From NCBI GenBank assembly GCA_032117235.1, contig JAULZW010000007.1, forward strand, positions 4,091-68,090: a DNA stretch of 64,000 nucleotides, in the 5' to 3' direction. Shown one piece after another: positions 48,879 through 59,072 of this stretch. Position 1 is the first letter of the stretch; each line of letters opens with the position of its first letter. Under the pieces are notes generated by a model. That model did no database searches and had not been told where the DNA came from. It saw nothing but the letters and a program-made list of their open reading frames with translations. Source of the stretch: Minisyncoccota bacterium. Lineage in GTDB: Bacteria > Patescibacteriota > Minisyncoccia > SW-4-49-11. The translations under genes and the position numbers were made by a program.

Positions 48879-48911
48879 AAAAAAGCACCTTTTTTATATA
48901 GATGCTTTTTT
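48879..48911 (-). terminator. Terminator after Hsp20
   Basis: AAAAAAGCA..TGCTTTTTT inverted repeat. Confidence 0.6.
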
Positions 48912-48922
48912 AAAAAGTTTTA

Positions 48923-49447
48923 TTATTTAACAGGAATTTTCTTAATCTTTACTTTTTCTGATTTTGGCAAAGTAATTGTCAGAACTCCATCTTTTAACTC
49001 AGCTGCTGACTTCTCAGCGTCTACATCAATTGGTAAAATTACTGAACGAGAAAATGGACCCCAATAACATTCTTGATAGAAATAATTTTCTTGTTTAACT
49101 TTTACTGAGTTTTTCCTTGTTCCTGATATAGTAACCATATCATTAGTGATAGACACATCTAAATCTTTAGCGGTAACTCCAGCAATTGTAGATACAATCA
49201 CAATATCATTATCTGTTTGATATACATCAATAGTTAATGCTCCCTCTACCAATTCATCATCTGTTTGGAATGTAGCTTGAGTAGAAATTTTAGAGTCAGT
49301 AACATATTCATCTATTGATGCAGAGTCTGAGTCCAAATCTGATACTCCTGAGAATCTGCTTCTTAGGTCATGTTGGATGTCTTCTTCTATTACTGGTTGC
49401 TCTTCAAAATCTACAGCTCCTGTTAATTTTCTTAAAATACTAGACAT
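48923..49447 (-). CDS. Hsp20/alpha-crystallin small heat-shock protein
   Basis: IDVYQT, ECYWGPFSRSVILP, KDGVLTITLPK. Confidence 0.95.
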   Translation of the reverse strand: MSSILRKLTGAVDFEEQPVIEEDIQHDLRSRFSGVSDLDSDSASIDEYVTDSKISTQATFQTDDELVEGALTIDVYQTDNDIVIVSTIAGVTAKDLDVSITNDMVTISGTRKNSVKVKQENYFYQECYWGPFSRSVILPIDVDAEKSAAELKDGVLTITLPKSEKVKIKKIPVK

Positions 49448-49521
49448 AATTTTAAATGAATTGTTATATAAACTATTACATTAGTATTATAATATCAAAT
49501 GTTTCAAAAAAAAGCAAGAGC

Positions 49522-50241
49522 TTAAGTTGAACTACCTTTTACTGACCTTAGTCTTAAATGTTTGATAGTAAAAATCATCCCGATAAATAATGGTATACAT
49601 ATTAGAAAATAAAATGCTACTATTATTATACCACCACCCCCAATAGTGGATAGTTCTATTACCAAATTCCACAGACCATGGAATAGTATCCCAGCTAAAG
49701 CAAGCCAAACTCCGTTAATCTTATTTTTATATTTGAAATACAAAACTAATCCATATGTGAATAAAAAGCTAGATATAATATGTATAATTAATGATGTAAA
49801 TGCTCTTAAAACCAAGAGTTGCTGTATTGCTCCAAAGTTATCTTTATAGTATTTGAGTACATAGGCTAAATTTTCAATACCAGCAAAACCTAAGGCTAAG
49901 GTAGCTGCATAAATAAAGGTATCTATTGGCTCGTCCCAGCGACTAGTACTAATGGCAAACCAATAAACAAAAGCTCCCTTAAAAACTTCTTCAGCAAATG
50001 CTCCAAAAATAAATTTATTAAGAGTGTCTGAAGTAGGGATTAATAATATATCTAATAGTTCTCTACCCCACATGGAAAATAATATTATAGGCACAGCAAT
50101 AAAACTACCTAATATAAAGGCTTTTGCTATATCGGTAGATTTTTCTGGATGGACATCTTGAGACAATACAAAACCTAACCAAGCAAAGCTAGGTATATAG
50201 GCAATTATTATAGTAATAATTAACGGTATATAATTAGTCAT
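49522..50241 (-). CDS. PrsW family intramembrane protease
   Basis: AEEVFK, GFAGIEN, H..HGLWN. Confidence 0.9.
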   Translation of the reverse strand: MTNYIPLIITIIIAYIPSFAWLGFVLSQDVHPEKSTDIAKAFILGSFIAVPIILFSMWGRELLDILLIPTSDTLNKFIFGAFAEEVFKGAFVYWFAISTSRWDEPIDTFIYAATLALGFAGIENLAYVLKYYKDNFGAIQQLLVLRAFTSLIIHIISSFLFTYGLVLYFKYKNKINGVWLALAGILFHGLWNLVIELSTIGGGGIIIVAFYFLICIPLFIGMIFTIKHLRLRSVKGSST

Positions 50242-50248
50242 AAAAATT

Positions 50249-51187
50249 TTATATTATTTTCATTTTTTCGTGCAGGTATACAACTTCTTCTTCTATATAA
50301 ACACCAAATTCTTGCCAAACCTTATCCTTTACCATCTGAATTAGTTTCACAACATCTGCAAAACTACCATTTCCAGTATTAATCATATAATTAGCATGCT
50401 TATCACTAACTTGTATTCCTCCACAACTGATACCTTTTAACCCAGCTTTTTCTATCAAATATCCACTTGGAATAACACCCTTTTCAACAAATTTATCTAG
50501 ATCTGGATATTTATTATAGAGTGATATATCAATATCCCCTTCATAATTCTTAAAGATACATCCTGAGCAAGCTACTCCAATTGGCTGATTTTTATTTTTT
50601 CTAATAATATTATCCCTTACCAATTTTTGACTAATTGCAACATCTCCGGTTTCTAATTCAAATAATCCCCCTAGAATAATGTCTTTATTGTCCTCTGCTT
50701 TAAATGAGCTATATCTATAATGAAAATCTAATGCATTAGCTTCAATATCAATAATTTGTCCATCTCTATATATTCTAACTTGCTTTAATCTATCTTTAGT
50801 TTCACCTCCAAATGCACCAGCATTACCTCGAATTGCACCCCCCAAACTAGATGGGACAGATGGAGCCCATTCAAGACCGGTTAAATTATTTTTATGCCCA
50901 AAAGCAGTAAGGGCAGCCAAAGACACACCTGCTTCTGCAAAAAGTAAAGTATCACTTATATTAATAGCTCTAGTGTTCATTTTTAAGATAAGACCATCAA
51001 TGTTTTCATCCGTAATCAGAAGGTTACAACCAGCTCCAATAATTCCAACTGGGAAGTGTCTTTCCTGAGCGAATCTTAGAGCGGAGATTACATCATCATT
51101 ACTTTCAGCAAAAACAACATATTGAGCCCTCCCTCCTATCTTAAAAGTTGATAAATCTTTTAGTAATATATTTTCCTTTATGTTCAT
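50249..51187 (-). CDS. murB: UDP-N-acetylenolpyruvoylglucosamine reductase
   Basis: TFKIGG, GNAGAFG, YRYSSF, SGCIFKN, KHANY. Confidence 0.96.
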   Translation of the reverse strand: MNIKENILLKDLSTFKIGGRAQYVVFAESNDDVISALRFAQERHFPVGIIGAGCNLLITDENIDGLILKMNTRAINISDTLLFAEAGVSLAALTAFGHKNNLTGLEWAPSVPSSLGGAIRGNAGAFGGETKDRLKQVRIYRDGQIIDIEANALDFHYRYSSFKAEDNKDIILGGLFELETGDVAISQKLVRDNIIRKNKNQPIGVACSGCIFKNYEGDIDISLYNKYPDLDKFVEKGVIPSGYLIEKAGLKGISCGGIQVSDKHANYMINTGNGSFADVVKLIQMVKDKVWQEFGVYIEEEVVYLHEKMKII

Positions 51188-51192
51188 ATTTT

Positions 51193-53496
51193 CTACTTAA
51201 TTTGAACTCCTATATATTCATCTGTTCTCAATACTCCGTCTGTAACTTTATACCCCGTCTCCGTACTTTCAAGGTCAAAAGACGACTCTTTCCAAATTGA
51301 CTTTTTATTTTTAGGTAAGTCCAAACTATATTGATATTTTATTCCCAAAGCACCCGATTGCTTCTGTAAAATTAAAGAATATATATCATAAGACTTAAAC
51401 TTAAATGGTAATTCATATTCTATCATAACTTGGCTAGTTTCTCCAGGTTTAGTAAACACCCAACCACCTATTACTAATTTTCCACTTTCTTCAAAAACAT
51501 CAATATCCCAGTCTTCATTATGAAATAAAGTTGCATTAATAGCTTTTAAATCAGAATCTTGTTCGTAACCCGCCACACCTTCTAATATTTCTTTTTCAAC
51601 TTTATCTTTATATCCGGAAACATTAAGGATACGAGACCCCTTAGGAATATATGTTCTCATATAATTTATATTATCCTGATTCCACCATTCAAATTCAGTA
51701 TCTCCTCCCTTATGCTCTCTACTAACTATAACTTTATTAATAGCATTACCCTTATCTTCTATTTTGGTAGATATGCTCAAATTCTCTTGCATTACTCCAT
51801 CTGTTTTATACCCACCAATATTACTATGTACAACAGACAAGTAATCCTCTGGGGCATCATATAATTGACCACCTAAATTATATTTATTAACCATATCCTG
51901 TAATTTTGTATCTAAAAAATATAATAACACTTGCTTCTCTTGAAATGAATTATTTAACGTCTCTATAATTTTTTGGTATTGATTAGCATCTGATGACAAT
52001 AATTTATTTATTAATATAGGAGCTAAGTCGGCTATAAATTGTTTTGGTTTATTTTTAACCTTATCATAAGCTACCCCAGTCTGATATTGAGTTATCTTAA
52101 CAAAATTATCTGCATTAATAGTAATATTGTAGTCTTCTAGTGTTATTGGGCCTGTGATTAAAAGCAATCTCTCTATTACAGTGGGGGTTAAAGAAATCAC
52201 CCCATCTGGAGTTGCTCCACCTGTTTTTTCATAAAATGAAATTATTTTCTGAGCACTTGTGGGAAAATCTGCAAACCAATTTGAATCTCTTAGGTACCAA
52301 CGAGTAGTTAATTCTTGTAATGGAGCAGGAGCTAAAATATTTTTCGCCAATTGACCGTCTGGATTATATATTTCTTTAATATCTAGACTTTTTACTACCC
52401 CTCTATCAATATTCATCATTCCAAAACTACCGATAAATCCACCTGTTGCCCTTAACTCTTGATTATTCTGGAATATAAAAACATATCTTTTCAAAATATC
52501 ACTCCCTACAAAATTAAGAAATATGTCAATATAAGGATCAGAGTTAATAATAGCTTCCTTTAATTTGGGAATATCTTGATTTAATTGACGCAAAACAGAT
52601 CCTTTGTGTCCAGGAACTAAATTAATAGGTAATTTACCAAGGTTAATATGTAACTCATGTAGGGCTGGGATTAGTTTTTGATTTAATTCTTTAATTTTTT
52701 TAATACCATCCACCATAGTAATTGGCTTAGTATTATCAAAAGGGTTAATTTCCTTAGATATAAATGGCTCCATTGTATCTGATAACTCACCTGTAATAGA
52801 TATGACTTCTGATACATTAGAAGTTAAATCACTACCATCTTGTATAATAGATAATCCTGGCAAAATGGATAATAATATACTGAGATTACCCTGTATAGAC
52901 GCTATATCTTCGGCACTATTATCAATACCATTCGCTATCTCATTTAATGATGTAGCTAAAGTATTAAAATTTTCAATATTAGTAGATTTTAATAAATTTT
53001 CACTAGCAGCTGCTTGTAAGAGCAGATTGTCTTTCACTCTAATGCCATTATTTGCCATATTAAGTGACGGTATACTAATTACCATTATAAGACATATTGA
53101 TATAAACACCGCCATAGAAGCCCTAGCAGCATAAATAGACTGTTTATTAATTATTAATAATTTTTTTATTCGATGAAAAGACTTATATCTATCATAGTTA
53201 TATTTTTTTGCTGATTTTGGTATAAATTCTATTCTAATAGGAGTTGATATGTTTATATATTTTTCTGGTTCTATGTAATCATTCTGTGAATCATCATATA
53301 ACGGTAACTCAAACTCTAATAAGTCTATATTCTTATTGTGATTGACATTATCATCTCTTATTAAAGGAACTTCAAAGTTTGCAAGAGAATTAATATCTTT
53401 TGGTAAGTTAGATTTTTTATAAATAGACTTTTTTTCTGCTCTAGATTCGATTTGAATTTTTCTTAAGTCAACAATCGATGAGCTTTTTTTTATCAT
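51193..53496 (-). CDS. DUF4012 domain membrane-anchored protein (long form)
   Basis: FQNNQELRATGGFIGS, LRDSNWFADFP, QKQSG. Confidence 0.88.
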   Translation of the reverse strand: MIKKSSSIVDLRKIQIESRAEKKSIYKKSNLPKDINSLANFEVPLIRDDNVNHNKNIDLLEFELPLYDDSQNDYIEPEKYINISTPIRIEFIPKSAKKYNYDRYKSFHRIKKLLIINKQSIYAARASMAVFISICLIMVISIPSLNMANNGIRVKDNLLLQAAASENLLKSTNIENFNTLATSLNEIANGIDNSAEDIASIQGNLSILLSILPGLSIIQDGSDLTSNVSEVISITGELSDTMEPFISKEINPFDNTKPITMVDGIKKIKELNQKLIPALHELHINLGKLPINLVPGHKGSVLRQLNQDIPKLKEAIINSDPYIDIFLNFVGSDILKRYVFIFQNNQELRATGGFIGSFGMMNIDRGVVKSLDIKEIYNPDGQLAKNILAPAPLQELTTRWYLRDSNWFADFPTSAQKIISFYEKTGGATPDGVISLTPTVIERLLLITGPITLEDYNITINADNFVKITQYQTGVAYDKVKNKPKQFIADLAPILINKLLSSDANQYQKIIETLNNSFQEKQVLLYFLDTKLQDMVNKYNLGGQLYDAPEDYLSVVHSNIGGYKTDGVMQENLSISTKIEDKGNAINKVIVSREHKGGDTEFEWWNQDNINYMRTYIPKGSRILNVSGYKDKVEKEILEGVAGYEQDSDLKAINATLFHNEDWDIDVFEESGKLVIGGWVFTKPGETSQVMIEYELPFKFKSYDIYSLILQKQSGALGIKYQYSLDLPKNKKSIWKESSFDLESTETGYKVTDGVLRTDEYIGVQIK

Positions 53497-53506
53497 ATCA
53501 AAATGT

Positions 53507-54646
53507 TTATACCTTGCTTTTATTATACAATTTTTTTGTTTTTTCTGCCATATCTGACCAAGAATATTGATTCAAAATACTTTGATGATATTTTTTCTGT
53601 AATTCACGTTTTTTCTTATCTTTAATAAAGACAGATAATACTTCCTGCATATTATCTTTAGATTTTGGATTAAAATAATCTATATGTTCTCCAAAAATCT
53701 CAGGTAAACAAGTAGCATTTGATATAACTATTGGAGCACCTAAAGCTATAGCTTCTAATGGAGGTAAACCAAATCCCTCATATAAAGATGGAAATACATA
53801 GAATAAACATTTCTCATACAATGAAATCAACTGCTCATCTGCTACATATCCTGGGAATATGACTGAATGAGATAATCCCAATTTATTAACTTTCGTAATA
53901 ATTTGTTCAAAAAAATGATCCCTCTTACCTACTAATACTAATTGTAATTGTGAGTCTATGTCTGATTTTTGTTTAAGATTATAGAATACATCAATGAGAC
54001 GATCAATATTTTTATGGGGATATACATTACCCACATAAAGTAGATACTTACCCTCAATAATTTCATATTTATCGAATGAAAATGGCTGGGCATTAAGAGG
54101 ATTAAATCGCTCTAAATCAACTCCCTCATATATCATTGCCATTTGATTAGATGGAATATTAAAATGTCTCACAATAGATTGTCTCGTATATTCTGATATA
54201 GTGATGATTTTTTTTGCAGTATATACTGCATTCATAATAGTCAATCTGTATGCTATATTTTTAATAGCATACATAATTCCATTTAATCTTGAAGCCTTAC
54301 GAGTGGGATATTCTAATAAAATTAAATCATGTATAGTAACCAAATAAGGTTTTCTATATAAAATAGGGATGTTAAAATGCAAAAAGTGCATTAAATCTAA
54401 TCTATATTTTTGTAATAATTGGGGAAATAATAATTGTTCCTGCCAAGAGTACCAAGGGATATCAGCTAAAATTTTATGAAAATTAGGATTTTTAGGTCTA
54501 TATTCTTCAATATTATGAACCCCTAAAAAGATATAGTATTGATTATGATGATCAATATTCTCTAACTCTTCAATAAGTTTCTGAGTATATCTACCTAAAC
54601 CTTTACCGCTATTTCCAAAAAATCGTGCATCTATTCCTATTTTCAT
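53507..54646 (-). CDS. Glycosyltransferase family 4
   Basis: MKIGIDAR, VTIHDL, PSLYEGFGLPPLEA. Confidence 0.93.
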   Translation of the reverse strand: MKIGIDARFFGNSGKGLGRYTQKLIEELENIDHHNQYYIFLGVHNIEEYRPKNPNFHKILADIPWYSWQEQLLFPQLLQKYRLDLMHFLHFNIPILYRKPYLVTIHDLILLEYPTRKASRLNGIMYAIKNIAYRLTIMNAVYTAKKIITISEYTRQSIVRHFNIPSNQMAMIYEGVDLERFNPLNAQPFSFDKYEIIEGKYLLYVGNVYPHKNIDRLIDVFYNLKQKSDIDSQLQLVLVGKRDHFFEQIITKVNKLGLSHSVIFPGYVADEQLISLYEKCLFYVFPSLYEGFGLPPLEAIALGAPIVISNATCLPEIFGEHIDYFNPKSKDNMQEVLSVFIKDKKKRELQKKYHQSILNQYSWSDMAEKTKKLYNKSKV

Positions 54647-54650
54647 AGCA

Positions 54651-57600
54651 TTATATTGTATTGTCTAATAAATCTCGAATGAATTGTTCTGTCCCATTCT
54701 GATTTTTGGGATAATTACTAATATCAGGGAAGTCTAAATTAATGATTTTATGATAAATTATCTTAACTAAATGGGCTATATAATTAATATCTGTATCTGT
54801 GATTTTCAAATCAAGAGAGATATATTCCCCTGCTATAGTAGGCTCTAAAAAGTCAATTCTACCTTGTATAGGTTTATCTTGATATTGACCTGACACTTTT
54901 AATAATAAGGCATAAAACCAAAGCTGTCTCTTAAACGCATCCAGCTTATTAGCTTTAGACTTATTATCCCAATTTAAAATTGGGGTACCAGTTTTAAATT
55001 CTACAACAGTGTAGTGATTAGCATGTTCTTCTATTCTATCAATAACTCCAGTCAAAGGAACTTCCTCATATTCCAAAAATAATTGTCCCAAATTGTATTC
55101 GGATTGATGTGAAACTAAAAATTTATCTCTTGTAGCCTGTATTAAATTGGGCAATTGGTCTTGTAGTTTATTAAACACTAAATCTGTATCTTCAACACTT
55201 AATTGTTCTTGATATAAAACTTTTATAGCAAAGTTATTCAACTCATCTAATGTAGGAAACATTTTATTGGATTGCAATTGTATTGATATATAATTAAATA
55301 CTTTATGTATAACATTTCCATAAGTCATCGCTGGATTATTTATAGACGGGAATCTCAACAAAACTGACTCCAGAACATTTAATGGACCTCCATATTCTAA
55401 ATCTACAAATTTATTAATATGTGAAGCACTTAATTTATACTTTTGCACCACTCCTTCCAAAAATGAAATTTCTTGTATATGCATGTCTACTGGCTGCATA
55501 GATTTAAGGATTCCTTTAGTCAAATCTTTAGTATTTACATATGGAGTAGGCGTAGTATCTAAGAACTCTAAATATGGTAAAGCTTGTCTTTCCTTCCCTT
55601 TTTCATTATATAAATGGCTAGTAATAAATAAATTTATTTTAGATCTTGTCAATGCTACAAATAATAGTCTTAAAAAATCATCTTCCGAATCTTGACGAGG
55701 TACAATAGGTAAATTAATAGGAAATGGATATGGAAAAGATGGACCTTTGTTACTCCAGCCTTGGGTATGAGTTCCAATTACAAATACAGTTTCAAACTCT
55801 AAACCTTTAACTTTATGAGCTGTCATTAATTTGACAGTATGTTTGCCACTATTAAGTGATAAATTAACCATCATACCACCTTGGTTTTGATAGGCTTTAA
55901 TTGTATTTAGCCCATCTAATAAAGTAATTCTTTTCCCTTTTTTATATGAAGTTATATTATGAATGAAGGCTTCAATTTTTGATAAATTAGCAATATAATT
56001 ATTCTGATTTAATTCAAAAGCATTATTTCCAAAATAATATTGGTAAAATTTAGAGTTAATTTCTACACTACTATCAACTGACCTCATAAGTTTAAATAGA
56101 ATAACCTCAATAGTTTCATACTCAGACAAAATAGCTAGATTCAAAAATAACTTTCCTATCTCTTGTAACGATGTATCATTTGAGTTATATAATCTTTCAA
56201 TATGGGTCTGTCTATAATCTCTCTGTTGGAAAAATTGCCAAATATTTAATTTGTCTATACCCCAAAATGGATAACTCAAAATTTCTGGCAATAAATCATT
56301 TCGGGGAGACTGTGTAGGTGTCAGAGAATATACAAATTGTAACATTATAACTAACTGATGAATTATAGTTTCATTCAACAAATTATATTGTTTATCATAA
56401 TCAATTGGTAAATCATACTCTGCTAAAAATGGTACTATTGCTTCCAAAGCTCTATGATTTCTAGCTATAATTGCAATTTCAGATAAATCCATTTGCTGTT
56501 TACGATACTCCTCTATTGTACTTGCAATCCAAGCATACTCCTCAGCCTGATTTTTAAACTCATAATAAGCTAAATCTCCATCTTGTCTTAATTTAGCTGA
56601 TGTTAATGTTTTTTCTAATACTTCAATTCTATTTTCTAGTCTATCCTTACCTTGAGTAATAACTTTTCTTGCAATATCTAAAATTTCTTGTCTAGAGCGA
56701 TAATTAGTAGTCAGTACAATTAATTTAGCAGTTGGGAATTTATTTTGAAAAGACAACATATGTGAAACATCTGCCCCCTGAAATCCATACACCGCCTGAT
56801 CATCATCCCCTACAACTAATATATTCGGCTCTATATTATCTCCCACCAAACTCAAAACCAATTGCATTTGTGCCTCATTTGTATCTTGAAATTCATCTAC
56901 TAAAATAAATTGATATTTTTCCTGTAATTTATTCCTTAATCCTTCATTTTTTTTAAGCAAAGTTAAAGCATTCAATAACATATCTGAAAAATCTAATAGC
57001 TTATTCTCATCTAAATATTCTTGATATTTCTTATAAATTTCTGAAATAGCTTTCTGCTTTTCTAATCTTTCTACATCAATCAAAGTTTTCTGTCCGTCTT
57101 TTTCCTTTATAAGATATCTATTTTTCCATTGAGAAATAGGAGTGTATTTACTTTCCAATAATTCAGTTTCCTCTAAGACCTCTAAAAGTGATTTTTGCAA
57201 CTTTGTACCGTAGGTTTCAAAATAGTTGTTAGAATTAGTAACAGTTATAGATTCCACCAAAATACGAATACTATTTAATTTATCTACCCTATCTTTATTT
57301 CCATTAAGAGAAATGTGACTAAATTTTTGTATAATAGGTATGATTTTATCAAATTCAGCTTTATTTTGGTCTAGTATTTGCATATACTCAGCAGGAGTAA
57401 GTCCTGCCTGCTTTATATAATTGATACTTTTAGCTATATTATTAATTAACTTACTTCTATCCGTACCTTTAGGAATTAAAATATTGTTATAGGGTAGTTT
57501 AGCAATAATATCTCCAATGATTTCAGCTATAAAAACATCGTCAATAGCAGTTCTATCAAGTCCGTCTGTATATTCAGTATAATCTTTCAATAAAGATTGC

Positions 57601-57884
57601 CCAAAGCTATGAAAAGTATGAATATTCACCTTATAAGCTTGTTTACCTATAAAAGAAGCTAATCTATGCCTCATATTATAAGCTGCTGCATCCGTAAAAG
57701 TAAGACAAATAATATTCTCTGGCAAAACATCTTGTGAATGCAAAATATTAGCTACTCTTAAAGATAAAAGCTGTGTTTTGCCTGACCCAGGTCCCGCTAC
57801 AACCATAACTGGTCCTAGTAAAGTATCCACAGCTTGTTTTTGTTGAATATTTAATTCTCGATAAGCTTTTTCGTAAATTGACAT
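54651..57884 (-). CDS. UvrD/PcrA-like helicase fused to a PD-(D/E)XK nuclease
   Basis: AGPGSGKT, VDEFQD, GDDDQ, KGLEF, VALTR; C-terminal GVIDRI..EFKTG..QLWFY. Confidence 0.92.
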   Translation of the reverse strand: MSIYEKAYRELNIQQKQAVDTLLGPVMVVAGPGSGKTQLLSLRVANILHSQDVLPENIICLTFTDAAAYNMRHRLASFIGKQAYKVNIHTFHSFGQSLLKDYTEYTDGLDRTAIDDVFIAEIIGDIIAKLPYNNILIPKGTDRSKLINNIAKSINYIKQAGLTPAEYMQILDQNKAEFDKIIPIIQKFSHISLNGNKDRVDKLNSIRILVESITVTNSNNYFETYGTKLQKSLLEVLEETELLESKYTPISQWKNRYLIKEKDGQKTLIDVERLEKQKAISEIYKKYQEYLDENKLLDFSDMLLNALTLLKKNEGLRNKLQEKYQFILVDEFQDTNEAQMQLVLSLVGDNIEPNILVVGDDDQAVYGFQGADVSHMLSFQNKFPTAKLIVLTTNYRSRQEILDIARKVITQGKDRLENRIEVLEKTLTSAKLRQDGDLAYYEFKNQAEEYAWIASTIEEYRKQQMDLSEIAIIARNHRALEAIVPFLAEYDLPIDYDKQYNLLNETIIHQLVIMLQFVYSLTPTQSPRNDLLPEILSYPFWGIDKLNIWQFFQQRDYRQTHIERLYNSNDTSLQEIGKLFLNLAILSEYETIEVILFKLMRSVDSSVEINSKFYQYYFGNNAFELNQNNYIANLSKIEAFIHNITSYKKGKRITLLDGLNTIKAYQNQGGMMVNLSLNSGKHTVKLMTAHKVKGLEFETVFVIGTHTQGWSNKGPSFPYPFPINLPIVPRQDSEDDFLRLLFVALTRSKINLFITSHLYNEKGKERQALPYLEFLDTTPTPYVNTKDLTKGILKSMQPVDMHIQEISFLEGVVQKYKLSASHINKFVDLEYGGPLNVLESVLLRFPSINNPAMTYGNVIHKVFNYISIQLQSNKMFPTLDELNNFAIKVLYQEQLSVEDTDLVFNKLQDQLPNLIQATRDKFLVSHQSEYNLGQLFLEYEEVPLTGVIDRIEEHANHYTVVEFKTGTPILNWDNKSKANKLDAFKRQLWFYALLLKVSGQYQDKPIQGRIDFLEPTIAGEYISLDLKITDTDINYIAHLVKIIYHKIINLDFPDISNYPKNQNGTEQFIRDLLDNTI

Positions 57885-58011
57885 AATATTTTTAATTTAG
57901 TAGTTTCATTATATCATAAAAAAGAAAAAATTTTCTAAGTAATTAAAAAATGGAGCTTTTACTAATAAAATAGTTATACAAACTCCATTATTTAATTTGT
58001 TAATTGAAAAA

Positions 58012-59046
58012 TTACCAGTTTAAAGTTCCACCTGTTTGATATTCAATCACACGAGTTTCAAAGAAATTCTTCTCCTTAGCTAAATCTACTGATTCAGACA
58101 TCCATGGAAATGGATTATCTGTCCCATACACAATTGGTAGGCCAACTCTTTGTAATCTTCTATCTGCAATATATTCAATATAGCGTCTAAATCCATCTTG
58201 TGAAATTCCCATAATACCTTTAGGGAAACAAGTAGTAGCAAATTCATACTCTAAACCTACTGCTTCCTTAATCAAATCTGTAATATGAGTTTGAAATTCT
58301 TGCGTCCATAATTCTGGTTGTTCCTGTTTGATAGCATTAATCATATCAGCTCCGAAGTTGAGATGAGTAGATTCATCTCGCATAATATATTGGATTTGCT
58401 CAGCACTACCAGTCATTTTATTTTGCCGCTGAAAACCAAATATCACTGCAAAAGAGCTATAAAAGAAAATACCCTCTACAATTAAAGAAAAGACACAAAG
58501 ATTTTCTAAAAACTTTTGATCAGATGCAAAAGTACCAGTCTTGAAGTTAGGATTCAAGATCCCGTCATTAAATGATAGGAAAAATGAAGCTTTATTATAA
58601 ATACTTTCAACTTCTCTATACATATTGAATATCTCCGCACCATCAAGTCCTAAACTTTCTACAATATATTGATAAGCCTGAGTATGAATAGCCTCTTCAT
58701 AAGCTTGTCTCAACAAAAACATTCTAATTTCAGGAGAAGTAATATGCTTATAGGTAGCAAGTACCAAATTATTGGCAGCAAGAGAATCAGCAGTAGTAAA
58801 AAATCCTAATACAGTTTTGAAGGCAAGCCTCTCATCTTCGGTCAAAATATTATTTGATTTCCATTGTTCGACATCAATTTGCATACCAATTTCAGTTGGA
58901 AGCCAATGATTAGCATTCCCAGTTAAATAAGCATCCCAAGCAAAAGTATGTTTCATAGGATGTAACTGTACAACATCCGCATCTTTACCATTAATAACTC
59001 GTCTGTCGTTAATATTAACTCTTTGATTTGTTTGGGTAATAGGCAT
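58012..59046 (-). CDS. nrdB: Ribonucleotide reductase class Ia beta subunit
   Basis: ADS (Asp ligand), EEAIHTQAY (radical Tyr), EGIFFY, DESTH, NFFETRV. Confidence 0.96.
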   Translation of the reverse strand: MPITQTNQRVNINDRRVINGKDADVVQLHPMKHTFAWDAYLTGNANHWLPTEIGMQIDVEQWKSNNILTEDERLAFKTVLGFFTTADSLAANNLVLATYKHITSPEIRMFLLRQAYEEAIHTQAYQYIVESLGLDGAEIFNMYREVESIYNKASFFLSFNDGILNPNFKTGTFASDQKFLENLCVFSLIVEGIFFYSSFAVIFGFQRQNKMTGSAEQIQYIMRDESTHLNFGADMINAIKQEQPELWTQEFQTHITDLIKEAVGLEYEFATTCFPKGIMGISQDGFRRYIEYIADRRLQRVGLPIVYGTDNPFPWMSESVDLAKEKNFFETRVIEYQTGGTLNW

Positions 59047-59072
59047 GGTGATTATATTTAGATTTTAATAGT

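Noticed and set aside
779-55695. Many short ORF-track entries antisense to or nested in recognised genes (e.g. 779-985, 3413-3682, 7444-7701, 14458-14745, 47856-48068, 52802-53134)
   Set aside because: They are shadows of well-supported genes and have no motifs of their own.
58012-59046. Class Ic (Mn/Fe, Chlamydia-type) RNR beta subunit
   Set aside because: It retains the Asp ligand and the radical Tyr, so it is class Ia.
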